Positions 49,808 to 64,000 of a stretch of DNA of 64,000 bases are shown piece by piece. The DNA comes from Balanoglossus misakiensis (Eukaryota > Animalia > Hemichordata). The stretch's first letter is position 1, and each line of letters opens with the position of its first letter. The stretch lies in the NCBI GenBank assembly GCA_040954595.2, contig CM082596.2, positions 7,518,468 to 7,582,467 of the forward strand, given 5' to 3'. The position numbers were made by a program, and so were the translations under genes. The notes beneath the pieces were generated by a model. That model was not told where the DNA came from and ran no database searches. It saw only the letters and a program-made list of their open reading frames with translations.

Positions 49808-52800
49808 ATGTCGGACGAAGCCAAACTTCGTGTCGTTGTTGTTGGCGCAGGTTCGGTGAGTTCTCTTGAGAATCCCCGGGTTGAATCATGCAGTTCTGAA
49901 ATTTGGAGTTGCCTAAACTTCGCCCTTCGCTTTGTACTCAGTTTAGAATATCCGATAAGTATTCCAATCCTTTTATGGTCCATTTAAATTGCCTCTAGGG
50001 GTCTTTTCATGGACCGTGATGATAAACGATATAACCCTTCCTTGATTTTATGAATACGTATGGATAGAAAATTCCCGAGAGCTCCGATCCTCTGCCTTGA
50101 CTGTTATGCATTCTCGCGAACTACGGCCATATCTCCGCTCTACGGAGCCTAATGGCTAAAATGCACTGCGTTTAGGTAGTCCCCCACCTCACATCGTCAC
50201 AGTGTGAATTTTACATCGGTCAATGTGAGTTTCATGGTCTGAAACCAAACGTCATTCCTATACACTGGTCCAGCCGTCAACCGTATAACGCCGGTTGAAT
50301 ATTGAACCTCCCACACTGACACTTGGCTCTCAAATGTGATTTACAGGTGGGCGTGTACATGAGTTGTGTACTGTCACTGCTTGGTGGTTATGAAGTTCAC
50401 GTTTATGAAGCAAGAGGAGGTAAGAACGCTTTTAAGCAAGATTAGACGTATGTTTTCTTATAAAATAGTTGTAATTGTATATGAAAGCCCGTTAGGGATA
50501 TTTTGAAAAGCAAATAAAAATAAATGTTTATCTCGTGCTCACGACATATTTTCTAGTGCCCAACAAAGATTTTTAGTGTGATAAGCGTTGATGACGATGT
50601 TTTTTTTTTATTCGTAATAAAAGATATCCGAAAATGTAAGGCGACACAAGGGAAAAGTATCAATTTAACATTATCGACCAGAGGCAGAGAAGCACTTCGA
50701 TTGATTGGAATTGAAGATCAGGTGAGTAAACGCATTTTTTCAGAATCTGTCCATTTTAGATTTGTTTTCTTCATCTGTCGGCAGTTATGGAGAATTCTTG
50801 AACAGAAATTTTTTGTGCTAAAGCGGTTCTTTGGTCACCAAGCAATTTCCACGTACACAAATAACACAATGCGCTGCCCTTATCAAAACAAGTAACCATG
50901 GGTACATTCGCGCACGGAGCTAGTAGTTGCTCCAGAAGGCAGCCCCAGGTGCTGTCCGAGCATGCGCAGATTTATCACAAAGCAATGACACCGGAAGTGG
51001 GGGGTATGGGTCGGTTCTTTATTCTTTTTAATATGTAATAGTAGTCTCGGTTACCCAGACTCTCTTACTCTTTCTCTCGTCTCCAGAGGGCGCTGTGCGA
51101 GAAAGAGAGTCTGGGATCACTGCACGTTAAATTTTCCGCGAACCGGAAGCATCTTTTAGTAATCGAGCGGTGCACCATGGACCCAATAACAAATCGCAGG
51201 AAATAGAGGAATGAATCGTGTTGTTGTTGTTGTTGGTGATAAAAACAGTTTTAAAAAATTAATTTGTCATTTCCTGCTACCGAAATCGTGGAAAACACGG
51301 CCTAGGTCGCCCAACGTCACTCGTGGAAAACATGACCTAGGTCGGCCAACGTCACTACGAGTGACGTTGGGCGACCTAGGCCGTGTTTTCCACGATTTCG
51401 GTAGCAGGAAATGACAAATTAATTTTTTAAAACTGTTTTTATCACCAACAACAACAACAACAACAACACGATTCATTCCTCTATTCCCTGCGATTTGTTA
51501 TTGGGTCCATGGTGCACCGCTCGATTACTAAAAGATGCTTCCGGTTCGCGGAAAATTTAACGTGCAGTGATCCTAGTCTCGGTTACCCAGAGCCCTCTGC
51601 TTCTTCCGTTAGGCACTCCAGAAAGAGGGTCTGGGGAAACCCGGTAGACAAACCGTCAGGCGGAATCGGGACAGCTGCGATGCATGACGGGAGATTTATA
51701 TTCCAAAATGGCGACGTCCTGCGCGCGAACCCACGGCCGACATGTATGACATACGATAAAGAAAACATGCTGAGAAGTGCTAGACCTGCTAAAACTGTAT
51801 ACAAATTGAAAAGAGAGAGAGAAGTTCGGTAAATAGTTTTCTAATATCGACATATCATAATATCGTATCGAATATTAATCTCCCGTCATGCATCGCAGCT
51901 GTCCCGATTCCGCCTGACGGTTTGTCTACCGGGTTTCCCCAGACCCTCTTTCTGGAGTGCCTAACGGAAGAAGCAGAGGGCTCTGGGTAACCGAGACTAG
52001 CAGTGATCCCAGACTCTCTTTCTCGCACAGCGCCCTCTGGAGACGAGAGAAAGAGTAAGAGAGTCTGGGTAACCGAGACTAATGTAATAGCAGCTTTCAC
52101 GGTGTTCGAAGTTCCGTTCAGGTTAAATGACTTGATTTAAATAGACAATATGACGTATAATTGTGCATTTTTGAATTCAGGTTGTCTCGGAAGGAGTACC
52201 AATGCGTGCTAGATGGATTCACGGATGCAATGGAAGTCACAGAATTATGGAATACGGAACAAATGGAGAAGTATGGCAAATCTCGTGAAAATTAACAAAC
52301 TTGACTTTACAAATGATTAATATTCGATACCTTAAAATCAGCGTTGTACTCCCTTTCACTATTCGTTGTAACGTCTTTCAAGTATTTTCATATTGCAATG
52401 TTTTTTTTCTCTACGTAGAATTTAATATCTATTGAAAGAAGTGTACTCAACGAATGTCTCTTAAATAGTAAGTATATGTTCATGTCATGATTTCACAATT
52501 TACATAAGCCACGATCAGCAATTTACTTCTAAATATTAAAGGGACAGAGTCTCTTACTGTCGACTGTTTCATTTGATATGTTAAGTGTTAATCTCACTGA
52601 AAAACGATTCACCATCTAACTTAGTTAATACTAAGCCATTGTCGGTGGTGGAAAGATATTGACCCAGATTCTCGATTTGATATTTTTTTCCTTTTTGCCA
52701 CAGCGGTGGAAGAGAAATATGGAGACCAAGTAACACTGCATTTTAATCACAAACTACAGGAGTGTGATTTTGAATCTGGCCAGTTGGTGTTCAAAAAGTG

Positions 52801-55800
52801 AGTCTCTCTCTCTCTTTGTCTCTCTCTCTCTCTCCAATGGGAAGAAGGAATTGCTAGTCCGTTGTAAACTTTTGAATGAAACCATGCACTGGGTTATGCT
52901 GAGGTCGGAAACTTTAGTACCATACCACTCCATAAATTGTGTCTTCACCAAGAAATAACTAAAATAATGAAGCGCAATTTCTCTTACGATTTCAGATCAG
53001 ACGGTCAGCAGGTACATGTCAAGGCCGATGTCATTTTTGGTTGTGATGGCGTACATTCTACTGTGAGAGGAAAGATGATCAAGACCCCTGGATTTGACTA
53101 CTGTCAGAGTTACAGTAACCATGGTTACACAGAACTAACAATCCCCCCTCAAGATGGACAGGTACTAAAGACACCATTTGCATAATTTCATCAAGATGTG
53201 ACTTTGGCTTATTTCTTTTACACAGAAAAGTACATGGTTTGTATTGCGACCTAGCCTATGTCCAAAGAATGCGAATACATGTAACATGTATCTAGACATT
53301 CGCTTCACTTTAGGTTCAACTTTAAGCCCCATGGTACAGATATTGTTGCTTATTTTTCATGATTTTTCATTCAAACTAATACCATCCCGCGTAAACCAAC
53401 CTATTACCGGTGGAAGGTTAGCTAGCTGTCAAACAATGGTGCAGGAAACCCAAGGTGTATAAAAAACAATATACGACTTTCCTATGATGCGAGATCTCGC
53501 GATACTTAGATAATATAGCACGGTCACTAGTTGCTGGCCTAATACACGTACACGTCAAGCTTTGTATGGAACAAGCCTATCTTATAGGGTATTTAACGTA
53601 GAGTCTCGAGGAGTTCAGAAAATGCTATATTGGGAGATATATCTTCCGTACCGTGTGACTGTAATATGTGTGCGTTTTTTATTGAAGCCCGCTCTGCAAC
53701 AGAACTTTCTCCACGTCTGGCCAAAATGTGAATGTATGATGATAGCTCAACCAAATAAGGACAACTCGTTCACAGCCACCTTATTCGTGCCGCACGACAC
53801 TTACGACAAACTCAAGACAGAAGATGACGTCATGGAATTTTGGAACAGCTATTTCGAGGGGACAGTTCCTTTGATTGGCGAGGAAGCCATCAAGAGAGCC
53901 GTCCTTGGCAAAAAGCCATGGCCGCTGATGACAGTCAGGGTAAGTTTCACTGTCAGCCAGAAAAGGCGAAGGCATATTCCGATATAAAGCTTATACAATA
54001 TACAGACTCCTGACCCACAACAGGTGGGCCCCAAAACACGCATGTTTTCTCCAAATGTCAGCCTTGTGAACTCTCCCTTCCTGGCGATTGATTTTTTTTT
54101 CACTGGCTTGTCAAGTTAGAGTTAGGGTTAAATGGTGTCGTCAACACTACAAGTTCTGTCTGAAACGGCAAAGTGATATTTGCTGCAGCAGTATAATGTT
54201 GGGAATTATAAGGGTCAATTTATTATAATGGTTATGTGATGTTCTCACTTTTTATACAGGTTAATTGTAAAAGGGGGAAAGCAAATGTGTCTTTGAATTC
54301 CTTAAGTTGCAAAACAATAATAGAAACCCCGTTAACTTTATGTTCTATGTGCTTCATAAATATGTTTCTTTAAATCCTATGTGACGATTTATTACAGTGC
54401 CATCCATACCACGCTGGTAATGTTTGTGCTCTTATGGGAGATGCCGCCCACGCTATGTTACCATTCTATGGCCAAGGCGTTAATTGTGTAAGTTAAGAAG
54501 CGCACAAGACACATACTATAACATTCCCCCAGTTCGATTTTGAAACCCTCTTTACTATTTATAAGAATCTTGCGATACAAATCTACTTATAGCATGGAAT
54601 GTGTATGTACATTGTGTAAAAGTTTAAACCAGCTATCTATACAATTTGGTTTGTTTCCTGGTTTAGTATCTCCATGGCAACATAAATTGTAAACTACATA
54701 TAACGAGGACTTTAATATGCATCTTTCTACACAGTGTTCTGGGAATATATTGCGTGACTATGACATGCAAAATTTCATACACTCTCAGAATGAAACACTA
54801 GTATGTTAATCTTCGTCTCTATTCTGTTTGGGCATAGGGTTTTGAAGACTGCCTGGTGTTTTATGACTTGATGATTGAGCACAACAAAGACCTGTGTAAG
54901 TATCCTTATGGATGTAATACTTTTTTGACTACGACCAATTGAATGCAACGTCACCATTCACGAACATTGGCAATCTCATTTGCTTTTTCCAATCCAACCG
55001 TAATAATACATGTGGTGAATATGGAAGTTGTGTGTGGTCGAACATTAATTCTCTATATATCCACATGTACATTAACATAAATGGTGTCTTGTATCGAACA
55101 TAATTAATGGGAAAAGGGCAGCAAGAGAGAGACTTTGTCCCTTTAATGCTACAGTCACGATGTTTTTTTGTATTGTAATACTTTACTGCTTCAAATCATA
55201 TCTTCCATTTTGTATTTCAGCCACAGTCTTGTCTGAATACACGAAAATACGGTACCCGGATGCAAATGCAATGTGTGACCTATCAGAGATGAATTACCGT
55301 GAGGTAATTAAGCTAGACGTTTGTCAAATTAAAATACACGTACCGCTTTGTTTTGTCCTCATCTCATCTATGGCTAAGATTGATTGATTAAACATTTAGT
55401 TGACATAATGATAAACAATTACCGGCACATGAAACTTGCGACTGGGAAAATTATATTGTTAAATCGTTTCGAAGAATTCAGTCAGACTACAGCCATGTAT
55501 GTTGTCAAGTGCTGTAAAACCTAAGGTCTATGTAGCTGGAGTAATACGTGAGAATAAACAATACATGTAATTATGTTCTGCATTTTCAGGTGAGTTCAAA
55601 GGTCAAGTGTAAGTGGTTTTGTCTTCGGAAAAAATGTGAACGTGTCATACACCGGTTGCTGCCAAGTCGGTTCACTCCACTCTACTCGATGGTGGCCTTC
55701 TCCAGGATGCGATACTCTGATGTCGTTCGTCAAGTTCAAGTGCAAGATAGGGTAAATGATCTTTTGCTTGCATTGAAGTGTCTTCTGTGATGTTATGTTT

Positions 55801-56578
55801 ATGGACAAAAATGCATTCATGCCATGGTATTTTCTTTCAAAGTCATGTTGACTGAAATTAATAATGGGTTCTATTGTTACTTTTCATATCCAAAATGCCA
55901 TGCCATTACATATACATGTACCTAAATGTCACATTATATATAATTATCATATTGCTACTGTATAATAGTTTTCATGTGTGCAAAGAGAATATAGAGTACA
56001 AACTTTCCCGCATATCTTAGTGCCATTTTGGGTATACCAAAAATAAATGAAGTTTGCATCTGTATTAGGTTTTGATGAGTTCAATCATAGAGGATACTTG
56101 ATTGAAACTGTATATTAATTCAAATAAATTTAAAGCGGAAGAGTTGTGTGAACTGCGCATGTGCAACTTTTATGTTCATATATACACGTACCTTGACCAG
56201 TGTTATCATTATTCAGGTAGAACCTGCCAACCAATACAGGTTGTATCAAAGTAATTTGAAAATGTGATAAAAAGTAACTACGAATTGTTTGCCATGATGT
56301 ACAGTGTATGCAAAGTATCAACCACATTGTTTGCAACAATGTATCAGTTACACCTTTCGCTTCCGTGACTTGCTAGAGGCCTTACACTTTTGTTTGCCCA
56401 TACCCACAGCCACAGACGGGATGACACCGACCCTTTAAGACTTCACCAATGTTTTTTAACATTCACTTCTTTGGAATTTCTGTTCCAGGTGATCAATGGT
56501 GCTTTAATGACAACCGTGGGAATAACAACAGCTTTGTTGGTGTGGATGGCACAAAAAGCAGTATGTGGATGTTTATGA
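49808..56578 (+). CDS. KMO: Kynurenine 3-monooxygenase-like FAD monooxygenase, copy 1 (13 exons)
   Basis: Exons 49808-49855, 50347-50419, 50624-50721, 52181-52270, 52419-52467, 52704-52797, 52996-53161, 53688-53939, 54398-54487, 54838-54895, 55221-55303, 55590-55751, 56489-56578; motifs [71 protein letters not shown]-terminal hydrophobic anchor. Confidence 0.9.
51042..52081. mobile_element. Palindromic Academ-family MITE in KMO intron 3 (hosts a nested MITE)
   Basis: TAGTCTCGGTTACCCAGACTCTC termini, arms inverted almost to the centre (about 51335), 9-bp TSD ATGTAATAG. Confidence 0.9.
51574..51999. mobile_element. AcademH-family MITE (426 bp) nested in the preceding element
   Basis: TIRs identical to those of the autonomous element; 10-bp TSD GCAGTGATCC. 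Confidence 0.93.
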
Positions 56579-58635
56579 CGCGCTGTCCTTGTATGCGATG
56601 ATGAAAATGTCGACAGGGAAACTTAGCATCTGTACATAGTTGTCTTTGAATTCAGGAATCTGTCGACACATCTGGGACCACATGATATGGAGAATTCCTG
56701 TTCCATCTTTTCATCAAGGCCATGATGAAATTTTATGAGACTCATAAACTGATATTCGCATGTACCAAGCTGGCGATCGTGTTAAAATCGGGCTGGCTTC
56801 AGGTATTCCGTTTTAGAGTTACACCAGAAGCTGGTTGTCATACAATTTATCAAAGACTGGTATTGAAACAGTCTGTCAGTTGTTGTCAGCTGACAGCTCT
56901 AAGATCAGACATGATCAGATGTGGCAAGGGAGATTCCATTACGGCATGCCCTTTTTCAGTTACTTAGGGTGAAACGAAAGCGAAATACATGTATACTACC
57001 GAACCGAAAGCAATACCTAAGCTAGGTAGCGGTTAGCTAGCTGTGGAAACGCACCTGTTCCGCGGGGGGGGGGGGGGGGTGACATGCTAATTACCCTGAT
57101 CGCAGGGTAATTCGTATATCACCCCCGCCCCCCCCCCCCCCTGACCGGCGAAACGGCTGCGTTTCCATAGAGGTTAGCTGACCAGAAATGTTACGCATAG
57201 CTCACGCAGACCATAGTGTGCGTATAGGTGGCAAACAACTGACATTTGGTGTTCTTCCTTTTCATGCACGTGCATTCACTGCACAATGACGTATGTATTG
57301 TCACAGCCGAGATATTCAATCTGATAAAATTCATCATCAAGTCATTACCTAGCCTAGTTTTTACTCGGCTAAAAATATCCAGTGTTGCCATTTCTAGTCA
57401 CTTGCCATGTCAGCCCACTGACATAAAGTCAAAACAAACTGAACCGAGCAAAATAGAGCCGTTTCCGTCACCAGACAATGTCCAAACTGACCGATGCGCA
57501 GAGAAAGGTTTCATAACGAGAAAGCGAGTCCCTTTTTTTTCTAAAACAGCACAGGGTTGCCAACTACAAGCATGTTGATATTTCAAATTTATCGAAAATG
57601 AAACCGGGGAAATCCAACTGCAACAATTGATGATGTCATGTTTCTCTTGTATAATGACCGCAGGTGGCTCACATATATATTGGAACATGACTGGCTGAGC
57701 GCGTGATACTCTCATTGATTCTAATATGCATATTTGAAGGTATATTGTATTTAAATTGAAGGGGTCGTCGCGCCGCGTTTCGAAAGTCGGGAAATCTGTC
57801 TTTCTTCCAGTTTTCCTGAGCTACAACCCATGAAAAATGTCCAAAAATGACAAAATTCGAAAGTCGGGAAATCTCTGTTTATAAACATTATAATTCATCC
57901 ACAAATCCCTAAAATAAGATAATTCTTAGAATGAACGAAGCAGCCAACCGTAGCATAGACTGGGCCTGACAGCAACTGAAGATCCTAGTAGGTCGTGGCG
58001 ACTGCAGTGCGGTTTGCGCTGGTATGGGAGGACATATTCTCATCAAGGGGGAACACCCATGCAGCGCAACGACCGCTTCCCTTTAAATATGACGTTGTTG
58101 AAGTAGGGCTTCGGTTGAAACGATGTGTAATTCAGAAAACACCGACCCTCTTCACAATTACGACGACATACTGATCTTATTTGGTAAACGATTTCTGTCA
58201 TATAGTGAATGATGGCCTGGGGAAGTGGGGACGGTGCAATGAAAGTCACACAGAGAGGTATTTGTATTTTATTTTGAAAGTTTCATATATAAGCTTACGC
58301 GTGGGTTTATCTGGCCCCCGCGTCAACATTTCTGTAAGGACCCTGATAGGGGTATATCCCTGACCGAGCCTATGCATACATAGAGTTGCTGTGTATTGCA
58401 AAATTCTCATTTCCTAACGTAGACTGACGGGTGTTTCCCAGCCTATTTTGAACATGACCTAACTCAGTTCGTCTGAAGTCATACAATTGATCATTCTCAT
58501 GAAGCAAGATAAAAGTAGTCAAATAGCGCGAGTTGATTTTATATGCGAGTCAGAGACAGAGAGGAGCAGACAGAGAGAGAGACGTCCGAGGGTTGAATTT
58601 TCACACATCCACCAGTCTTTGAATATCTATATACG

Positions 58636-61600
58636 ATGTCCGACGAAGTTAAACGTCCTGTAGTGGTTATTGTTGGGGCTGGTCCGGTGAGTTACTGAAC
58701 GTTTTTGCGATACACTGTCTGTCAATAATAGACACGCCGATATTATTCTTCCTTTTTGAAAAATCCGATTTGTTGATTTTCTTGAAGCTATGTACGATCC
58801 GCGTATGAAACACTACAGGATCGGTAAGAAATGTGAAGTTTGCCGAAGCATTCCGGGGGTGCCGCTCTCAGAGCAAATGGGTATCGACGCTCGTCCCTGA
58901 AATTTTCACAACGCATTTTTCCCTTTGTCGGTACTTTGTAACGGAAACGACACCCTGATTTTTTTTCTCGAATTATGGGAGGAAAGAGACCAAAATGCGC
59001 ACCCTTAATGAACAAATCTCGGTATATAAACGACGCAGTCATGTGAAACAGAAAGTCCCGGCGCCGATCTCAGTGCACTTTACATTAGCCCCGGTTTGAA
59101 TCATTTCTGAAAATAGACGATACCCAAACTTCTCATCGTTTAATAGTAAGTTGGGGTATGTGACACGTATTTTTACGTACCATTTTACGTGCTAGTTTTC
59201 AAATTGCCCCTTGTCTCCTTGTCATGGACCGAATTTTACGAATGTGCACGGATGGAACTTTCCCCGACAGCTCCGCTGCCCGGGCTATAATCATTGCCAT
59301 GCGTCAGCCTGAGAATTTCCAGTTGCATTTCACAACTATACGAGACCCAGCGAGATCTCGCGTGGCTGGGCAGTTACGGGACAAACAACACACTACATTT
59401 CGTGTTATAAACCGCAAACAAGTTACTATTTTTGATAAATTCTGCACCAATTCTGGTTTCAATCAAACTTGGCTGTATTATTGGCTACCAACCCATTGCA
59501 TGCTGCAGTGATGAACCACATCTCGCGAGATCTCGCAATAAGCGGAAATCCATCTACATTACATGTATATTGCAAGCTTACGCTAATGTAGCTCTGGACT
59601 TATGCGCTGTTTGGGTCTACGCTGCTCTCCGTCCCCACAGCTATGCAGCCATCCGTAGGAAACACTGTTGGGATGCGGAGCAAAATGATTCGCACCGATT
59701 TTCAAACAATAAACTACATGAACATGTACATAATGTTGTCAGAAATAAAGATCGAACGAAAATTTCACAAATGGGAACCTACTTGACGTGTTTGTCGCCG
59801 AATCGTAAACGTCGTTAACGCAGCGCCGTGAAACTGGTGACCCTCCCATACAAACATGGACGTTCACCTTCATTTAAGTCATGTGATCAACACGTGTTTT
59901 ACTCGGCGTGTTTGTATGGGAGGGTCACCAGTTTTACGGCGCTGCGTTAACGACGTTTACGATTCGGCGACAAAAACGTCAAGCAGGTTCCCATTTGTGA
60001 AATTTTCGTTCGATCTTTATTTCTGACAACATTATGTACATGTTCATGTAGTTTATTGTTTGAAAATCGGTGCGAATCATTTTGCTCCGCACCCAACAGT
60101 GTTTCCTACGGATGGCTCCATAGCTGTGGGGACGGAGAGCAGCGTAGACCCAAACAGCGCATAAGTCCAGAGCTAACGCTAATGCAGTAATCTACTTCAG
60201 ATAAGTAACACTTGGTACGGGTTCTGCAACTGGATGAAGTAAAACTTCTCTATATGTCAAGGTCTGAGCATACGCACTGGTAGCGCTTACAGAAGATAAA
60301 ATGCGCGAGTTAGGCCTATTTGGCGAAAACGCGCTTCATATCAATTTATTGTCCACACTGATGCAAATTGTATTAGCAGTTTCAACATGCCTTGTCAAGC
60401 GTTGATTTTGCTGTCGACTCTCTCTCTATTGCCGTAAAATCGATGACAGTAAAAATAGTCACACCAAGAAGACAGAATCCGCGAGTTACATTGTCACGCC
60501 ACTGATTCCTCATAGACTGAGCATTGCGCATGGTACCTGCGCGCATCTGATCGTACGTCGAGTTCACGTGTTGATTACCCAATGTGTTGTATTCTTGCAC
60601 AATAAGCACATTTAAATATGAATGAGAATGGCAGACAATTCATGTCTAGACCGACAGGAAATAAAAAAGCGCCGGTGCTATATTTGGTTGTTACGAGTAA
60701 TCATGCAGGCCATGCAGGTAGTTTCACTTTCGTGAAACAAACAAAAGAACGTTGGTGTTTCTTTGTATGGGCTATGTATTACCTGAATCATTGTTCGCTA
60801 TTTGATTTTAAGGTAGAATACGCCTCGAAAATCAAAGTCCTGGATTGTCTCTCATATTTTGCTAAGGAAAGTTGACATTATTCTTTCTTGAAATAAAGAT
60901 TAAGAAATAGGCGGATCGCCGTACTACGGTAAAAAAATTCTGAGTGAGAGAGCGAAATTATCTCAAATTTGAAATTAAAAATGACCGCCAATCTCTGAGT
61001 TGATTCTGCGAAGAATAATAAAGTAGCGATTTTTGTGACAACAAGACGGTGAACGCCGTATTTTCTTTCTCATCTTCAGAAAGAATCCCCACATTGTACA
61101 AAATAGCAAAGAATTGAACGGTTTGGAAGACTATCATTTTTCTGTAAATATGAGTCAGAGGCGCTCAACAGTGTCAAGTATTTATATGGCTGACCCCTTC
61201 ATAGTTATCAGAACGACCTATATACGGCGCTATACTCATGCATGACTCAAAATCATGTGCTTCATTTGCAATTGTTTGCGAACGACGGATTCTACGAACG
61301 ATCGCCGCCTACATCTGAAAATCCGTGCGTTTAAAATTGTCACGTATTTATCTCTTTCACTTTGGGGTATACATGTACGTCAACCAATATCAATTTTCGT
61401 TTTAAATGTAAGGAGCCTTAGATAATTAAAACGCACATAATTAGTAAATTACATGTAAATTAAACAAATTCTCGGGAGATTTGCATTGGCGCATGTCAAA
61501 AAATCACCCCATCGAAACGCAAAACAGGGTGATCCCCTCCAAAAGCGGGGAAGAACGTTGCACAATACCAAACTACAGAAATAACCCATTAAAATATAGA

Positions 61601-63852
61601 AGTCTACTTTCTGTTTTACTAAAGAGTGGCTTACAATGTAATACATGTACAAGTCAGGTCCTATTTTTAACATTTCTCCCTAAGCTATTATTATACATTG
61701 TGCAAGCTTGCCTGATGATAGAGAGATAGGCCTATATGTACATAACAGGACTTTTGCTTTTGGTTTTGGTTTAGCAAATGAAACTAACTATGGATATTGA
61801 CATTTCAGGGGGTGTGGAGGGGGGATTCCCCCTCAGGAAGCTTTATGAATTTTTAAATTTAGCTTTGATCTTCTAAATTGTCTGCATCTTCAGTTGATGG
61901 CTAGACCTACTCCATTTCTTCTGCTTCGGATCGGCGACCGGTTTCACTTCGTCGATATACTGCGACTCCTTCAAACCATGCTCTGCTACCAAAACATGTT
62001 TCTCAGAAGAACAACTGTTCATGATAAATACCATAGATTTACTTCGGCGAAACAGTCAAATGCAGACAAAAACACTTGCAGTCGCACTATGTGTTATTTT
62101 TATTATGCAAAGTTCACGTTAACATGTGAAATATGCAAATATGTAGTAAATATGCAAATAAAGATTGAAAGAGGAATAATACGTATCCTTTGTCCAATGT
62201 CTTCAATTTAAAGAATAGTCCACTGCAGAGTGGCAAAATGGGGATGAAGCCCTCGAAGCTACAGTCATACACTGTGCGCATTTCAATCTTGCGTTTCAGG
62301 GTCATTGGTGTATACACTGTTTATCAAATCCCTTGAACTTTGAACCACTCCGCTCCATTAGGGAAGTCCCCTACCTCACTGTGCGCATTCATTGGTTAGT
62401 TTGAATTTCAGGGTTTGAAACCAAAAGTCATTGCTATAGTACACTGATCCAACCTTCAACCATACAAACATCGATCGAATTTTAACTATAACCTCCCAAG
62501 TTGAAAGTTGGCTCTCAAATGTGATTTACAGGTGGGCGTGTACATGAGTTGTGTACTGTCACTGCTTGGTGGTTATGAAGTTCACGTTTATGAAGCAAGA
62601 GGAGGTAAGAACGCTTTTTTTAAAATTACGTTTTCTAACAGAATCGCTGTCTATCTTGCTCTGTCACATTTCTGCCTTTTACTCACGGATTTTTCATCAG
62701 CGATGTTACATTGCGATAGGCGTTGATGGTGGTGTTTTATTTTTTTATGCGTATTGATAAAGATATCCGAAAATGTAAGGCGACACAAGGGAAGAGTATC
62801 AATTTAACATTATCGACCAGAGGCAGAGAAGCACTTCGATTGATTGGAATTGAAGATCGGGTGAGTAAACGCATTTTTTTCAGAATCTGTCCGTTTGAGA
62901 TTTGATCCTTCATCTGTCGGCTATTATAGAGAATATAATATATAGGAAATATATAGGAAATATTTTGTGCTAAGGCGGTTCTTTGGTAAATGTCACCAAA
63001 CAATGTCCATATACACAATGTGCTTCCCTTATCAAATCAAGTAACCATGGGTACGTCCGCGCATGCTCCCGAAGTCAGCCCGAGCTGCTGTCCGAGTATG
63101 CGCAGATTTTTTATTTATCACAAAGCCACGACACCGGAAAGGGGGGGGGGGTTGTTATGGGTCGGTTCTCCGAGCAATTAAATTGATCGCATTTGCCAAA
63201 TTTGGCGCAATATGACTTATCGACTATCCAAGCAGCTTTCACGGTGTTCTGAGTTCCGTTCAAGTTAAATGCTAAATGATTTAAGCAGATTATGTGACGT
63301 ATTTTTGAATTCAGGTTGTCTCGGAAGGAGTACCAATGCGCGCAAGATGGATTCACGGATGCAATGGAAGTCACAGAATTATGGAATACGGAACAAATGG
63401 AGAGGTATAGCAAATCTCACAAAAATTAACAAACTTGGCTTTACAAATGATAAATATTCGATACCTTAAAATCAGCGTTGTACTCCTGTCACCATTAGTT
63501 GTAACGCCCTTCAAAGTAATAAGACTGATTTACATATTTATTTTCTATGTAGAATCTAATATCTATTGGAAGAAGATCCCTCAACGAATATCTCTTAAAT
63601 GGTAAGTATGTTACATGTTACTTCTAAATATGAAGGGACAGAGTCTCAGGACAAACTTGGTCGTACTCACGATTCACCATCTAACTCACAAGATATTTAC
63701 CCAGATTCTCGTCATGATAAAATCTTCATCGATTTGATTTTTTTTCTTTTTGCCACAGCGGTGGAAGAGAAATATGGAGACCAAGTAACACTGCATTTTA
63801 ATCACAAACTGCAGGAGTGTGATATTGAGTCTGGTCAGTTGGTGTTTTTAAA
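58636..63852 (+). CDS. KMO: KMO-like gene, copy 2 (exons 1-6; presumably continues beyond window)
   Basis: Exons 58636-58686 (MSDEVKRPVVVIVGAGP), 62532-62604, 62763-62860, 63315-63404, 63553-63601, 63759-63852; same exon structure as copy 1. Confidence 0.85.
59589..60175. mobile_element. Foldback MITE with TAG termini and 9-bp TSD (second Academ-like family)
   Basis: TAGCTCTGGACTTATGCGC...GCGCATAAGTCCAGAGCTA, arms ~265 bp nearly perfect, TSD ACGCTAATG. Confidence 0.85.
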
Positions 63853-64000
63853 GTAAGTCACATCAAATGGCAGCGAAATCCGATTTTTTGTAATGCTCTG
63901 TACTTCTCCTGTGGCCTTCTTCCATGATATAATGAAAGTCGACCTTTAATTGCTTTACAAGTCAAGATAATCAAATTTGATTGATTGATCGCTCGATTGA

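Noticed and set aside
56960-57200. Inverted motifs GGAAACGCA/TGCGTTTCC and hairpin AATTACCCTG-ATCG-CAGGGTAATT between G and C runs
   Set aside because: Probably a decayed MITE, but its ends and TSD could not be defined.

Overview
Animal genomic DNA (GT-AG introns, AT-rich, transposon-dense; probably a marine invertebrate, taxon not determinable here). From left to right: (1) the 3' part of an ankyrin-repeat gene in which one 99/102-nt phase-0 exon plus its intron has been amplified into 36 tandem units (3727-12491). Variation is concentrated at predicted binding-surface residues. The gene ends in a Roco/DAPK-like COR + death-domain exon that has lost its ROC GTPase and is frameshifted. (2) A complete, apparently intact 9.66-kb AcademH DNA transposon (TAG termini, 10-bp TSD, RecQ-like helicase and five-exon transposase), with several non-autonomous relatives elsewhere in the window. 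(3) A U2 snRNA gene split by a full-length two-ORF Tx1-clade (Keno-like) non-LTR retrotransposon. (4) An 11-exon CUB-CUB-Sushi(5)-TM receptor gene whose cytoplasmic tail repeats an F-x-[DEH]-N-x-x-Y-E motif. (5) Two tandem kynurenine 3-monooxygenase-like genes, the second running off the window. Many MITEs and microsatellites lie in between. All calls come from reading the sequence by eye; no searches were run.
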